A stretch of 61,738 bases of DNA, filler included, from Bipalium vagum (GCA_037834085.1; 3 parts of 3 records of this genome joined end to end with filler, not necessarily neighbours in it); one strand, 5' to 3'. Positions 11,901 to 25,604 are shown, numbered from the whole stretch's first letter. The notes: generated from the sequence alone by a model not told the origin. Numbers and translations: made by a program.

Positions 11901-14900
11901 TAATTTAATGAAAAATTCAAATAGCATTGGTGAGAATTATTTACCAAGATTCACAGACTCCATAACAATAAACCAAGGTGGCATAAAATTTTAAATAATT
12001 TGTTAAAATTTAAATAATACCTTTATATTTTACTTAGATCACATGGATTAAACTTGTCTTGAAAATATGGAGAACAAAAACCGGTCAAACTAAAATATTT
12101 CGACGAAATATAAACAAATGAGAATAAAATGTCCATTAGGTCTAAATAAATATCATATTTTAACTTAGATGTGTCAGTGAAAATAAGTTTACTTTTCAAT
12201 AATAAACAAAGTAGAAAAATCGATCTGATTTTTTAAAAGGTTTTAGATTTTTAAAAAATAATCTCAAATCTTTAATAATTTAAATAAATTTGAAATTAAA
12301 TTCTGATACCAGTTTCACATCAATTAAAACATTACAGGAAATCAATCGATGTCAATTAAAATTTTACAAATATTGAAATTTATTCCTTTCACAAAATCTT
12401 TTGTGGAAAATTCCATTTGCACAATTGATATTGTTTTATCTTTAATAATTGATAAAATTTATGATTTTAAAAAATCTAATTTTTAAATTTAGTTCTATGA
12501 AATTTAAAAATAATGACATTTAAAAATCTTAAATCCATCAAAATGATAATCGGTTATAATAATTTTTTTAATAAAAAAATTATAATTCTATATTTAAAAA
12601 TTAATCTATATACTCATTCATACAAAAAATGACACTGGGGAGAAACATTTAAAATTGTGCAAATAATTAGATAAATGAGATTTTTTGAAATTCACTTGTC
12701 ATACAATTTCTTCTGAATCCTTCTTTTTCTTCCTTTGAAAATTTTGCCACATCTCTTTGTCATGGCAACAGTGTGGCAATAATTTACCTTTCAACGTTTT
12801 TTTGTCCCATATGTACTCCATTAATTGGTCAGCAAATTCCGAGATTCTTTTCACATACACGTCCGCATCGTCTTCTCCACGCTTATAATTGAATGTCTCT
12901 TTAAGGTCCTTCACCCATGATCTTACTTTCTCGAATGCCTTTCTTATTCGTTCTTCAAAGCTGGTCTTTGGATCACTTAATTAATACTACTCTCGAAGTT
13001 CGTTTTCATCAATCTTATAACGGCTAATCCTCTAACGTTTTTTGGTAATCCATACATGTCGAAATAATCTTTACACTTTTGTAGAAACTTATCAACATCA
13101 TCTGATATTCGAAATAATTCTGGCCTGAGTGATTCGGCATGTTAGCTACAATATCAACAAAGTCAGTCATAGTTTTAAAGATATTATTGATTCTGGTTCT
13201 AAAACAATTTTTCCATTCTTAATAAATTAATATATTGTGCCATTAAATATAAATTATTTGAATAAATAAAAATAAAAATAAAATTAATAAAATAAAAATT
13301 AATAAAATTTAAATAAAAATTATTTTAAAATAATATTAAAATTAGATTTACAGTTAATTAAAAATTTAAATTAGGCCCAATATAAAAATTCAAAAATTAG
13401 AAAACAGTTTCAATACTCACATTTTGAATTAAAAATTCCATAATATAGTAAGTTATAGATTAGAAAATATATTCTACTAAAATGCTATAATTATTTAAAA
13501 TCTAGCATCTTAAGAAATGAAACCTTCAAAACAATGTCTTGGACGTTTTGTTTCCCACTGGATCACTGACGTCAAAATGTTTATGAAACTCACTGGTAAA
13601 TCTAGAAGAACAATCATGAGAGATCTGAAAGAGATTCGTGGAAGACCTCGAGAATTTGGAATTAATGATAAAAGAGGACTCTCAATTGACATTGAAATGA
13701 AAGAGAGGAAGTCCTAAAGCAGCTCCAAGTACAATAAGAAAATATTTAAATGAGATGGGGATATGATTTGTACTAATATTGACAAATTTCATTAAGAAAA
13801 GAAAATCAAATGGTGAAAAGATCAAAATTTGGTTGATAGATTTCCAGTGACGAGTGTATATTTGAACTATGTTCAAATCGTGTACGAGTTTGGTCCAAAT
13901 CAAGACCCAAAAAGAAAGCCGCGTTTAATGGCAATGGTGGAGCCATAAGCATCAAAGGGAAATCAATTTTGGTAAAATTTCCAGACAAGATTGAGTCAAA
14001 ATCGATTCAAGAAATATTAGAAAAAGCTCTGCGAAGTATTAGGATAATATTACCAAAATTCCTTCTAATAAAAGATGGAGCAACACATCATATCTCGAAG
14101 ACGACGAGAGATTGGTTAACTGCAAATAATATAAACGTTACTGCGTGGCCAGCAAACTCTCCATACCTAAATACAATTGAAAATGTTTGGGGACTAATTA
14201 AGAGAGAAGTAGATCGACAAAATGAAAAAAATATGATTGATTTGGTTAGAATTGTTGATGTTTGGGATGAAATATTTAATGATATTCAAAGTCGTATTGC
14301 TATGAAAGGAGAAAGCAAAAGAACCCATGAACCTGTTTCGAAGTAACCACACTTATTCGGAAATTTGAGAAACTGACAGTCTACTCAATGTACCTCATAG
14401 GAGGCTTTCTTTGTTCAGTGGACGTAAACCCGTTATTAAAGATGTATTGGATGATCCTGATGGCAAAAAATCCTTTCGAAGATTATTCATGAAAACTAAT
14501 ATTCCACAAACCTCAACTTAAAGAGTTTTGAAAAATGAAAAGTTGAAGGCTAAATTTGGTCTGCAGTTTTCGCAGCATCAGGATATTTTGCTTAACATTT
14601 TCTAGACTGATGAAGCATACTTGCATATAGACAGTGAAATAAGCCGATATCACTGCCAAAATCTTTCATGACAAAACCAGTTCATCAGGAAAAAATGTGT
14701 GTCTTGATAGGACTCAATTCCAAATTTGTTATAGAACCATTTTTCTTCAACGAAATAATAAATAATAATTACTTTGACATGTTGAAAAATGTAGTTCAGC
14801 CTGAACTTATACAAAGAAAATTAATGAAATCAACGTACTTCATGCAGGATGGAGCATCTTCGCATTATGTTAATAAAGTCCGAACATTTTTGCATGAAAC

Positions 14901-17900
14901 ATTTGGTCCGCACAAGATCATATTCAGAGAATGTGCCTAAAATTTGCCTTCTCTTTCACCAAACTTCATACCAGTTGACTATTGGTTTTGTGGTTTATTG
15001 AAGCCAAATATGTTCCATTACAAAACACCAAAAATATTATGGAACTGAAAAACCGAATAAAAGAAGAATGCTGATGTTTTACTCCCGAAGAGCTTCAAAC
15101 TAAAATATTGTCTTTCCAATGAAGAATTTATTTGATGCTATCTGCTGAAGGAAAGCAATTTGAGAACTTTTATAGAAAAATTAGTGTATCAATTTATTAA
15201 ATACAATTTTGTCTATTGTATTCATCGTTTACTTATTTACGTGGTTTTGGAACAACCTGTACTAGTGAGAATTTTGAATACTTCGAATAATTTTCTACTT
15301 CTTGGAAATCGTTACATTGCTGTCCAGGATTTACAAAACCTAATTTTTAATTTTTAAAAATATTTTTCCGAGATTGGAATTTTCACAAAAAATATTGAAC
15401 ACTTTGAAAACGCTTTGAATTTTTTAATATGAATCCATATTGACAAAGAATCAAACTTTTCCAGAAAATGTTTGAAAGCGATATATAAATGAATGTAAAT
15501 GCGTATTAGAATCCATAAATTATTATAAACCTTGAAATTGCCAATGTTGTCATTTTTATGGGCCTTGTCACGATGATAATGGAAGTTATACGGTAAGTGA
15601 AATTGAATGAGAATATTTAACTGTTCTTGCATTATATTAAAAATTCGTTATAAAATTTTAAAACACAAATTATACAACAATTTTAAGCATGAAATTTAAA
15701 AACCGTTAAAATGGCGGTTTTGGTAGTTCTAATAATTAATAGATCTAGCAAATAGTGGAAAAACCATTCTAAAGTTCTAATTTTTGAAACTTACTTTAAT
15801 CTGATTGCCAAAATTGAAATTGTCATTGAACAATCCATCCAGTGTTGAAATGACATTACGGTCTTCTTTGATTTGGTCCTGAAGCAGAGAGAGACTTTTG
15901 GGGATCGTTGGGGAAGAATTCAAAGCATAACATAAAATATCATTGACGAAATGGTAGTTGATCTGAAATTTATAAAAGTATAACGATACTTGCGTCACAC
16001 GACAAGAAGCACCAAGAAAACATATATTTACTTCATATCCGGGGTGAAAGCACAGAAGCTTAGTGAAAATAATGGCCTGGTAATGACAAGTGCGGATTTC
16101 CTGAATTTCATAAACTTCACCCTTGCCATTTTCTTGGCACACGTAGAGAATGGAAATTGACCTTGGTTGACCAATTAAATCACATTTCGTGCCATTGGTC
16201 ATGGTGACTTTAAAGTAGGGAAATTCCACCGAGTTTATCGTTACAGTGGGAAGCTGGATGGAGATTTATGATCCGAAAAAGGCAGTCAAAAATCAAAACG
16301 CTCACTTTGTGTGATTTTCCTTTCTCCCATGATGATGAATGTGGTGAATTAGGTGTTTCGAGATCTCTGAATTTTTCTGATATCGGGAAAAACCGAAACG
16401 AATAAATTATGACAACCAATAATAAAGCGTACCAACTGGTGAAACCATTCCGAGATTATACTCAAGCATCGTTGACGACTAATGTCAATAATTAATATAT
16501 ATCGTATATTTTTAGAATATAATCAATAAGTTATCAATAATTTCACATTGGCAATCGTTCAAAAGACCCGTAACTTTTTTTTATAGGAAACAACACACTT
16601 TAATTGAACATTTCAGAAAATCAATTCTTGTAAGAAAAAGCAGAAATGCGAGTGTTTCTTTTCCAAATTGTCATTTATTTCAGGGTAGAATCGATGATAT
16701 TCTCGTGATTAAAATCTTACCTTCTCTAAAGTAATCTCATCACCTGTCTTCACTTGAAAATGGCTTATGAGAATAGGAAAACTAAACGTCTCGTGCAGAT
16801 ACAACAGAATAATCGCTGTAGAAAAGTTCTTAACGTAGTTAAAAATAAATCGCGATTTTAATCAATTGTCTTAACATTTCTATCGTGTTTTCACTGTTAT
16901 TTTAAATATAAATATTGACAAAGATTAAGAAAGAAAAAAGTTTCTCCTTATACCATCAATGTTTGAAAAAAGTAAGATTTCAAGTAAGATTATGTTCAAA
17001 TTAATGTGATAACGTTCTAATGGAAATAAATTACATAATAAGAGCTTTATTGTTTTTTCTATCTCTTAATAAATTAATTTTTGATAATTTAAAAGTAAAT
17101 TTTTCAAATCTTATTTCTATTCCAGGACCGATTTCGAAGATTTCAATAGATAATAATAATACTGAATAAAATTAAAGGACAAACATTAAATAATGTTTGG
17201 TTAAGTCTTAATGTGAACGTTAAGAGAATAATGGCAAGAATTTTCGGAGATATTTATTGTGGAAAATATAGGTTTGGTAAACACTCGATAGAATCAGTAA
17301 TTAATCTACTTTAGAAATCTATTGCAGCTATTCAAGGACTTATTGAATAATTTCTGATATTTTCAAGAGTGACGGAAGTGCCGCATTACTGGAAAATTAT
17401 ATATAAACTGAGCTCCAAATTAAGTCAGTTGTCCAACAATTGAGGTATTTTTAACAAGCCAAGCTATTTTGAATATATTGAAAGAAGTTTGACTTTTACT
17501 TTGGAAATGCATTTCAGAAAAAATAACGATCAAATTATTTGAGTACATTAAAAATAAATTAAATTGATTATCTTTAATTTTATCGATTTTCGTAAAAGAA
17601 AATAGATAGACTCAAAATGAATCCTTATTTATGGATATTTTGCAATTCGAATTATGAGAAAATTTTATTTTTTTTATTCTGCTTAAAAATAGTTTGACTT
17701 CTCAATATTTATTGATTATAAAACTGATGATTTCTAAGCGAACGAGACGACTGGGATTTTTATATTATTCTCTAGTAACGAAATAACAACATGTAATAAA
17801 ATTTTGTGTAATAAATTGTTACTAGTATCACTAATAGATAATAGATAAACTTGTTTTCGTTTACCCTATTGTTTACTTTTGAATTTTATTAAAAAAATAG

Positions 17901-20878
17901 AAAAGAAAACGCCAGTTATAACAATTTTTTTAATAATAAATTTTCAACAATAAAATCCAATTACTGATACAGGTGAAAATCAAACATTATCAATTTCATT
18001 TCTTAATATTGATAATCACTTTCTTGTAAGTAAAATTCTTCATAAATCATTGTTTTCTGCATATCTCCAGCTCTAAATTCATTAATGTTGTCTTAACTTA
18101 GTTGGATGGATTGGTTTCCAGTTTTAAGATTAACATTAATATTAAATCCGAAATTCTTTAATATTTCATAAAGCAGAACCAAATTACAGATGTGCTCATT
18201 TTTTATTATATTCATCAGTGATATGTTTTAAGTTATCTGTCCAATGATTCTTGTAACTTGTTCAAATCATAAATAAATACGTTATTTATAAAATAAAATT
18301 TTTTCTTTTCACTTGGTCTACACCTTGGGAAACATAATGTGTTTTGTCTAAAGTCCAGAACACATAGTACCATAGATATTTATTTCCAAATTAGCATTCA
18401 TTGCTTGAGTTACTAATTCTTCGTTAAAGAAAAAACAGGGGAATTGATACTTAATTTAAATGTATAATTCTTTTAAAATCTGTCCAAAAAACACTGCAAT
18501 TTTAAAATTTCAAAACCAACAACATTAAATATATATATTTAAATGGGTGATTGGAATTCTACTTTAATGATTTTTGATAAAGACAATAAATTTAACTCGA
18601 GAATATATATTTTTTGATTTATGAATAAATAGAAATGATTCTGTAATGAGAATTTAAAGGTTTCAACTCAAATACTATACTATAAATTTAAGATGGTCAA
18701 AATTTTATAAGTGGTACAAATAAATAATGCGGATTTATTTAAAATAGATTTAGTGAGATATCGAATTATAATTGTGAATTGAAATTTAAATCATTTAAAT
18801 TTTTATATGTTAATAATTTCAAAATTTTTAGATCTATATATGTCAACATTTACGGCAATAAACACTTACGGGAAGTTCTCACTCATTACTTCATGACGAA
18901 CAAAACTGCCGCAGAAAGCTGCATGATATTACGCGATGTTTATGGAAAACATTTAGTATCTCAGGATACAGGCAAGCGTTAATTTCATCGCTTCAGAAGT
19001 AATGATTTCAGAGTAAAGGATAAAGAACGCCCAAACCGTCCTTCCAGATTTGAAAACCACGATTTATAAAATTTATAGGATGAAGATACGTTACAATTGC
19101 AACATCAACTTGCCATAAGATTAGGTTTTACCCAAAAAGCAATAAGCGTGCGTTTACATGATATGGATTACATGCTCTTACAAAGGCACGAAAGTATTTC
19201 TTCCATCGACTATTGACCGGAGATGAAAAATGGATCTATTTTTAAAATTCCAAACGTACGAAAGAATAGGTTAACCCAGGTCAATCATCAAAACAAACTG
19301 CAAAACCAGATCGCTACTGAAAGAAAATAATGCTCTGCGTTTGGTTGGATCAGTACTTTTCAAACCAGGTGAAAGTGTTACTTCAAAGAGATACTAAAAC
19401 CAAATAACCCAGCTGAATCAGTCTTTAATATTTAAACGTCCAAAATTGGTCAATAAACACGACAATTTAACAGATATGAAATGGGATGTACTCACCTACC
19501 CTCCGTATTCACCAGATCTTGCTCCTTTCGATTTTCACCTGTCCCAGCAGCACTTCAAGTCATACGAAGATTTCCAAAATTGAGTCTCTGGGTCTCTCAA
19601 AACCAGAAAAGTTCTTTTGGGATGGTATCCATAAATTGACTGAAAGATGGAAGAAACGTATGGATAACAATGGACATTATTTGAATAAATTAATTTTTAT
19701 TTTCGTTTCAAAATTACCATGTTTCGGTTATTAAAAAGTCCACATTATTTATTTGTACCTATAATGATTTTTTTCTTTTTAAAGAAAAAAATTGTTCTTA
19801 GACATATTGGAGGAGCTTCAAATTTAATATAAATTAAATTAAATAAATTATAATTAATTTTTTTTAATGTTTTGAAATTAGTTATTAATGATGACAACGA
19901 TTTTATTAAAGAAAATATAAAAATAAATATAATTTTATATAAATTATAAATATATTTAAAATATAAAAGAATATATAAAAATATAAAAAAAAATTCAATA
20001 TTGGAAGAAAAAGAACAGACAAAATATTTTATTGATTATTCAATAATTATAATAAAAAAATTATTTAAATAAATAAAATTAAATGAATCATTATAATCCT
20101 ATTAAAAATTTAATAAAATTATGTATTAGAATAACCAATCAAATCACGGGAAATAAAATGTAATAATAAAAAATATACAAAATGTAAGTAAATTAATAAT
20201 CTTAAATAAAATTCATAATAAATAATATTTCACAATTTTTGATTTATCTTAAATTAATATCTTACTATTTAATATGTTTATGAAATTAAATCCAATCTAA
20301 TAATAAAAACCTACGAAATTTAAAATAGTGAAAATTAATATAAAAATTTAATTTAGGTTAAAAATGAATAATAATAAAATAAAAATAAAAAATACCAATA
20401 ATAATAAAATAAATTAGAAATTATTAACAACAATAATAATGATCAATATAAAAAATATAAATTCACTTTTCCATCAATAGTTTCTTCGTGATATTGTCTG
20501 ACATATCTGCCGTGACAAATTTCATAAGTCCAATAGTTCTCAACCTTTATGGAACATATTTTATTATTATACAATTCTTTCAGTAGTTCTAATTCACTGG
20601 GCCCTCTATAATCTCCGAAGTTTATGTTCTCATTTTTATCTTTAATATTTGATGGCATAAAACACCGATATGTTTCTTTGTTTTTGGAATGAATTGTAAT
20701 GCCTCCTATTGAGTCCTCAAAATAAAAAATGAATTATTAATAATTCATAGATTTAAAAAAAAACCGTTTTTAATTTTTCATCTTTCCAAGATATTCCAAA
20801 TAATATCTCGTCCTTAATATGAAAATTACAAAGTGCGAAAACTATATAAGAAAAGATTTGAAATGCTATAATAAACAT
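8989..20878 (-). CDS. ERLEC1: ER lectin 1 (XTP3-B/Erlectin): signal peptide plus two MRH domains, 12 exons, ~502 aa
   Basis: GT-AG exons assembled by hand: 20765-20878, 20467-20715, 16433-16478, 16306-16376, 16032-16253, 15795-15962, 11194-11274, 10929-11144, 10756-10871, 10621-10698, 9117-9189, 8989-9063. Total 1509 nt, frame continuous. Hydrophobic N-terminus MFIIAFQIFSYIVFALC; MRH1 CSIKVENYWTYEICHGRYVRQYHE...NGTKCDLIGQPRS...CHYQAIIFTKLLC; MRH2 FLSGKFCVDGGEGWWRHRVC...VVLGTW...GDGSYCD...EPSICRY...ESALFCP. Confidence 0.92.
12699..13171 (-). mobile_element. Gag-like fragment of an LTR retrotransposon in an ERLEC1 intron
   Basis: Frameshifted reading MTDFVDIVANMP..LRPELFRISDDVDKFLQKCKDYFDMY...KDLKETFNYKRGEDDADVYVKRISEFADQL, a retrotransposon capsid-like pattern. 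Confidence 0.55.
13202..13420. repeat. Dispersed repeat, copy 1 (upstream of the gag fragment; possibly LTR or leader)
   Basis: Shares TTTTCCATTCTTAATAAATTAATATATTGTGYCATTAAATAT and AAAATTTAAATTAGG..AAATTAGAAA.CAGTTT..ATACTCACA with 51085-51228. Confidence 0.7.
13517..14310 (+). mobile_element. Tc1-family (DD34E) transposase pseudogene
   Basis: HTH plus GRPR; ISSDECIF (first D); KDGATHHIS..WPANSPYLNTIENVWGLIKREV. Frameshifted. Confidence 0.85.
14311..15261 (+). mobile_element. Tc1/mariner DD41D (rosa)-like transposase pseudogene with right TIR
   Basis: F*TDEAYLH; YFMQDGASSHY...SLSPNFIPVDYWFCGLLK (~42 residues between the Ds); terminal GGTTTTGGAACAACCTG-TA at 15243-15261. Confidence 0.75.
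17129..17210 (+). mobile_element. Possible Helitron PIF1-helicase micro-remnant
   Basis: RFRRFQ*IIIILNKIKGQTLNNVWL resembles FKRxQFP...TINKSQGQTLxxVG. Very short. Confidence 0.3.
18708..19763 (+). mobile_element. mariner element (Mos1/mauritiana-like), internally deleted, both TIRs present
   Basis: TIRs GGTACAAATAAATAATGCGGA (18713) and TCCACATTATTTATTTGTACC (19739). KHLREVLTHYF..KTAAES; LLTGDEKWIYF; PPYSPDLAPFDFHL; FFWDGIHKLTERWKK. Many stops. Confidence 0.92.
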
Positions 20879-21378
20879 AGAAAGATTGCGGTAGAAAACT
20901 TCCTTTGAAAACACTGTCAAAATATTTTAAAATTCAAATATAATTTATGTCACCTATGAAAAATGGAATATTTAAACAATTAAAATATGTTTAAATATTC
21001 ATCACAATAATAATGGAAAAAAAATATGAAAATTTCACTTTTCAATATTTTCCAAAATATTGTAATTAATTTTTCATAACAATATAATTGAATACATTTA
21101 ACTTTATTTCATAATTTTAGTTCATTATCTAAAGGGTTGTCTATTATTTTCAAGTAAATAATTTTGGAAATTATATTACTTGTGTTCATATTTCTATTAA
21201 ATTAATAATATAAAATTTTATTATATATTGATTGCATAAGAAATGAATATATATTAAACAATTAATGATGGAAAAGATTTTGTCAGAGAAAGTCAATAAA
21301 ATTGTTAGGTTTGCTTAGCAACTAAATAATTTCACATATAATATAATTAATTGTAATAATGTTTTTGTTTAATACACA

Positions 21379-21515
21379 TGTTAGTCGAAAATTAATTAGA
21401 AAGACCGGGATACGAACTAGGATACTTTCACATGGGCATGGACTGCTCTGATTAATGAGCTACATTTCACGACTAATTTTAAATTAAAATCAAAATTCAT
21501 TTTTATATTTTACCA
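21379..21515 (-). mobile_element. Solo LTR (137 bp) of the tRNA-Ala-LTR element
   Basis: Aligns end to end with the reconstructed 5' LTR (8134-8041 plus 6319-6282): TGGTAAAATAT...AGTCGTGAAATGTAGCTCA..CAGAGCAGTCCATGCCCATGTGAAAG..GTTCGTATCCC...AATTTTCGACTAACA. Same 137-bp length. Confidence 0.75.
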
Positions 21516-22415
21516 TAAATTTCACTAAAAAATAAAAGGTTTAGTTAGAAATATTAATAAATAATTAAATTAAATAAGTCAAATTATTAAATAGAAAAAA
21601 ATGTAAGGACATGGATTCTGAAAAAATTATAATAAATTAAAGAAAAAGTATTGAAACTTAAAAAAGTCAAAATTGTGATAAGGAATATTAACACAAATCA
21701 AAAGTAGTTTTATTAGACATAGGACACAGAAAAAGAAATATAATTAGGCGTTTAGAGAGATACAAACCAATTTTTAGATGCCATAATCGAAATTTAACCC
21801 AAGGAAATCCCTTTCAATTTAAAACCAAGGAACATTGTATACTACATCATTTATAAGTTACTCTACCGATGACAACATTAAGCACCAATAATCTTTGTAG
21901 TATTAAAAGGTAATTAACATATACTATATTATAAAACTATAATAATAATCATATAATTATTATTAATCAGCACAATATGCAGAAACATAACTATAGATTG
22001 TTAGAGTGTTGAAAGAAGTTAATAGCAATGTCATCATGAATGAATTCGCTGAACTAATTTCTAAAGACAATTTTGATGATTTAAGGCACAATGAAGAAAA
22101 CATCAAAATAAATGAACAGAACTGATTATAAAGAAATATTTCTATTTGAAGGACGAGGAATGTGATTTTCAGAGTTTTTCAACTGCAGATGAATAAATAT
22201 TTTTTGTTCTTTCGATTTATCTTTAGTTATTTATTTGTGAAATTAAAATCACCGAATTTTAAAAAATGTAGAAAGAAAATTCGATACATTCGATATTTGG
22301 TATTCGACATTGGGGTTTCGGTATTGGCTTCTTACTTACCTTATCATTACTTTTCTTACTACAGATATCCGCTATAAACTTTGTTTTAAAAATAAAAATA
22401 TCAGAATTTTTAACA

Positions 22416-22750
22416 TTAGGTCATTCCAGAGTTTTAGCAACACTTATGAACATTTTAATTTTTGTGCAAAATTTTTTTTATAAACAAAATTGTTATTTAA
22501 ATCACGATCAGACACTATCTATTTCTTTCTGCAATAGATTCACTGGTTTCCGAAACTGTTCAAATATCATTCTTTCTTTAAATCAAATAAAGCCATTGAC
22601 ATGCTTCTTCGACCTTATCAATTGATTCTAAATGGCGGCCATTTAAAAAATATTGTATTAAACGTTAAAGGTCGTAGTCAGATGGTCTAAAGTCTTGACT
22701 ATTTGATGGATGAGGCAAAATTTTGATTCCTCCTAACTCTTATAACCCTA
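22416..22750 (-). mobile_element. mariner 3' fragment with TIR
   Basis: ILPHPSNSQDFRPSDYDL*RLIQYFLNGRH (HPPYSPDLAPSDYHLF-like); TIR-like TTAGGTCATTCCAGAGTTTTAGCAAC at 22416. Confidence 0.7.
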
Positions 22751-23581
22751 TTTCAAAAAGAAATAAAAATTTTATTTATCTACTGCAGAACTTGTAGGAA
22801 AAACTAAAATTAATTGAAATTTTAATAATTAATATTACTTTAACCTATAAAAATCAATTCTGAAATAGACCATTGGATATGTTAACCATTTTCCATAAAA
22901 CATCCAATAATATTTTGTATATAATCTCTAAATGTCTGAGAATTTCATTTATAAATAATGTAAATCCATTGGTCAATTGAGATGACACAGGCACCAGGCT
23001 GAAATATGTATTGTATTTAATTTTAGAAATCAATAATGTTATTATTAACTTTATCTTTTAAGAGTTCTTGCCATTGTGAGATGAGTGACAATTTTCATGT
23101 TCACTTATTATTTTTCCTATTATTATTATTTATTAATCCAAATCTAATTATTAGTACAAAATTTAATGAATATTATTTTCATTTCATTCGATTTCGTTTT
23201 TGTAAGAACAATGCCCAATGCTGATCAAACAAAACCGGAGTAACTTAGTTACACAAAACTAATCATTATCAGAAAGCAATTTCCTGGAATACTAATAGAA
23301 TACGTTAATTATTTTAATAATGAAGTTATGCAGAAATCGCTTTGACAGACTAAGTCCAAAAATGACCATTTTATCGCCTTCATTTTTTATGTTTGCTTTT
23401 ACTTTATTCATCTTTTATCGTAAATATTCAATGATGTTAGAGTCATAATTTTACTTGTCTTTTCAAAAGAAATAAATTCTTTTTCACCACTTTTAACAGA
23501 AAAATGTCATTTTTATCTTAGTATAAAATATTATTTTGAATATTTTTATATAGAAAAGGTTTTAACATACAGGCTTTATTC

Positions 23582-23583
<2 letters not shown>

Positions 23584-23619
<36 letters not shown>
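23584..23619. repeat. (ATT)n microsatellite at contig end
   Basis: About 12 ATT units running into the gap. Confidence 0.9.
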
Positions 23620-23719
23620 NNNNNNNNNNNNNNNNNNNNNNNNNNNNNNNNNNNNNNNNNNNNTTAATTAATTAANNNNNNNNNNNNNNNNNNNNNNNNN
23701 NNNNNNNNNNNNNNNNNNN
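23620..23719. other. Artificial contig linker N44-TTAATTAATTAA-N44
   Basis: Exactly 100 nt with a six-frame-stop palindrome in the centre; identical to 43468-43567. Confidence 0.97.
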
Positions 23720-25604
23720 GAAATAAACCTGTTGGTAGATTTAGGGATTTCATCTTGGAAGCAGTAACAAGTGTTACAGCTAATGATTGTAACGGCAATT
23801 TTCGTCATATGACCCGAAATTTAATTAATGCAGCAGCATGTCTTCCTTATAAATAATAATTGTATTGTTCATTGTTGTTAAATGTTTACATAAATAAATT
23901 GTTATAAACAACTTTTTAAAAAAAATTGTAATTCTAAAATTGAAATGCAAAATTCTAAAATTGAAATGCAAGATTCTAAAATTATGGTAGAAATGGTATA
24001 TCAAATTTGTTTTATAAATAAAATGTTATTTAATAATTTAATTGGAAAAAATACTTTAAAGGCAAAGAAAACTTCAAAGAAAACACAATAATCAAATATT
24101 TTAATTACTCAAACGGTATAAGATTAGCCAAATTACCATAACGAATGACAGAATTCATTACATTTTTATAAAGAATAATCAATTTCATTTGCCAGTCAAC
24201 ATCTTTGAGATAACACCATTCAATAAATTAGACATTCATTTTTGAATTGATCATTTATTATCAAAAATATTCAATTTGTGAAATATCCATTGGGTGTCAA
24301 CAGATTCAGTTATTCAGACAAATAATATCAGTAGATTCAACTATTAGTTCATCTTCCAAGAGGAAATTATTAAAGATACTATTATTTTTATAATTTCACC
24401 TTTAAACGTTGTCATAAATATTTTATACTAATCAAGCATCGTTTTTGTTAAAATATTTCTAACTTATTTTTTTTTATAAATTTTTAAATTAAAAGTTGTT
24501 CTTTCATATTATAACTTTAATAAAAAATTGTAAACCAAGATAATAGATTTAATTAAATTAATTTAATTAATTTTGATGAATTAAAATTAATTATTGAAAA
24601 TGGTGACCTTCAATTGTCTAAAATATTAAGTTGTAACTAAAAATAAATATAGAAAAAAGTTTGCTTTGCGAATTAAATTGTTTCGTTATAATTTCATTTT
24701 AGATTCAGAAACAATTACATTATTTTGTTATTTACATGTTTTAATATAAAAATTATAATTATATAATGTAATAAATAAATAAATGCAAATATTCCACATG
24801 GAGTAATTATCACAATTTAAATGTACATATAAACAAAAAAATATTAAGGTGACTAAGAAGTAGTCGCTTTTATCAAAAGATGCAAGAATCTACATATTTT
24901 TTTTCCAATCCCAGTTATTTAAAAGGACCTGATTCTCCAGTGGAAAGTCATTGTTTTCTCAAAACTATTGTTCAATATTTAGGGTATCAAATTTAAACCT
25001 GACTCCAAAATCTTAGGTGGTGCAAATCAAAACAATCAGTAAAGCAACACTGTTATTTATAACACACCAAATAAAAATACGATACACTGAAAATTCAAAG
25101 AAATAATGCAAATGTCTGGGATGACAATAAAAGTCTGAAATGTTCCTCAACCCTTACACTATCGACTCAGGACACGACACAAATATAATGGCAAAAGGTA
25201 AATCAAATCAAATACGATAATGGTCAGTTATAATCAAAGTACTATTTAATCAATCAAATGTTAATTAGTGTTAATAATTAATATTAAGAATAAAAAGAAA
25301 TAAGATAAAACAAAAAGAAAAACTTTACAATTTATTTTGTGCTAAAACTCCCGAGTTATCTTAAATTCTAAAAATTTTATTAAAACTCTACTATTCCCTG
25401 AAAAATTATATTCTGATGACCATTAATATTTGTAAATTCCCTCTTTTGGACTTCTTTAAAAATAAAAATTACTTTTGGAGGGTTATTTTATTTTCTAAGT
25501 ATGTTCAAATTTTTAATTTTATTTATTAATATTATTATTAATATTTATGGTTTTTATTACTTATTTTTCTCCGGGGGGGTGCCTTGGTAAACCCAACACT
25601 ATTT

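Noticed and set aside
17724-17755. CTGATGA motif as another hammerhead
   Set aside because: No GAAA and no convincing stems I or III.
17950-18500. Coding-like decayed tract in an ERLEC1 intron
   Set aside because: Several stops and no motif I can assign.
23664-23675. TTAATTAATTAA palindrome as a biological site
   Set aside because: Centred in N runs and repeated identically at 43512-43523; assembly linker.
23720-23856. Open frame resembling a Tc1/IS630 transposase C-terminus
   Set aside because: Truncated by the contig start; no diagnostic motif.
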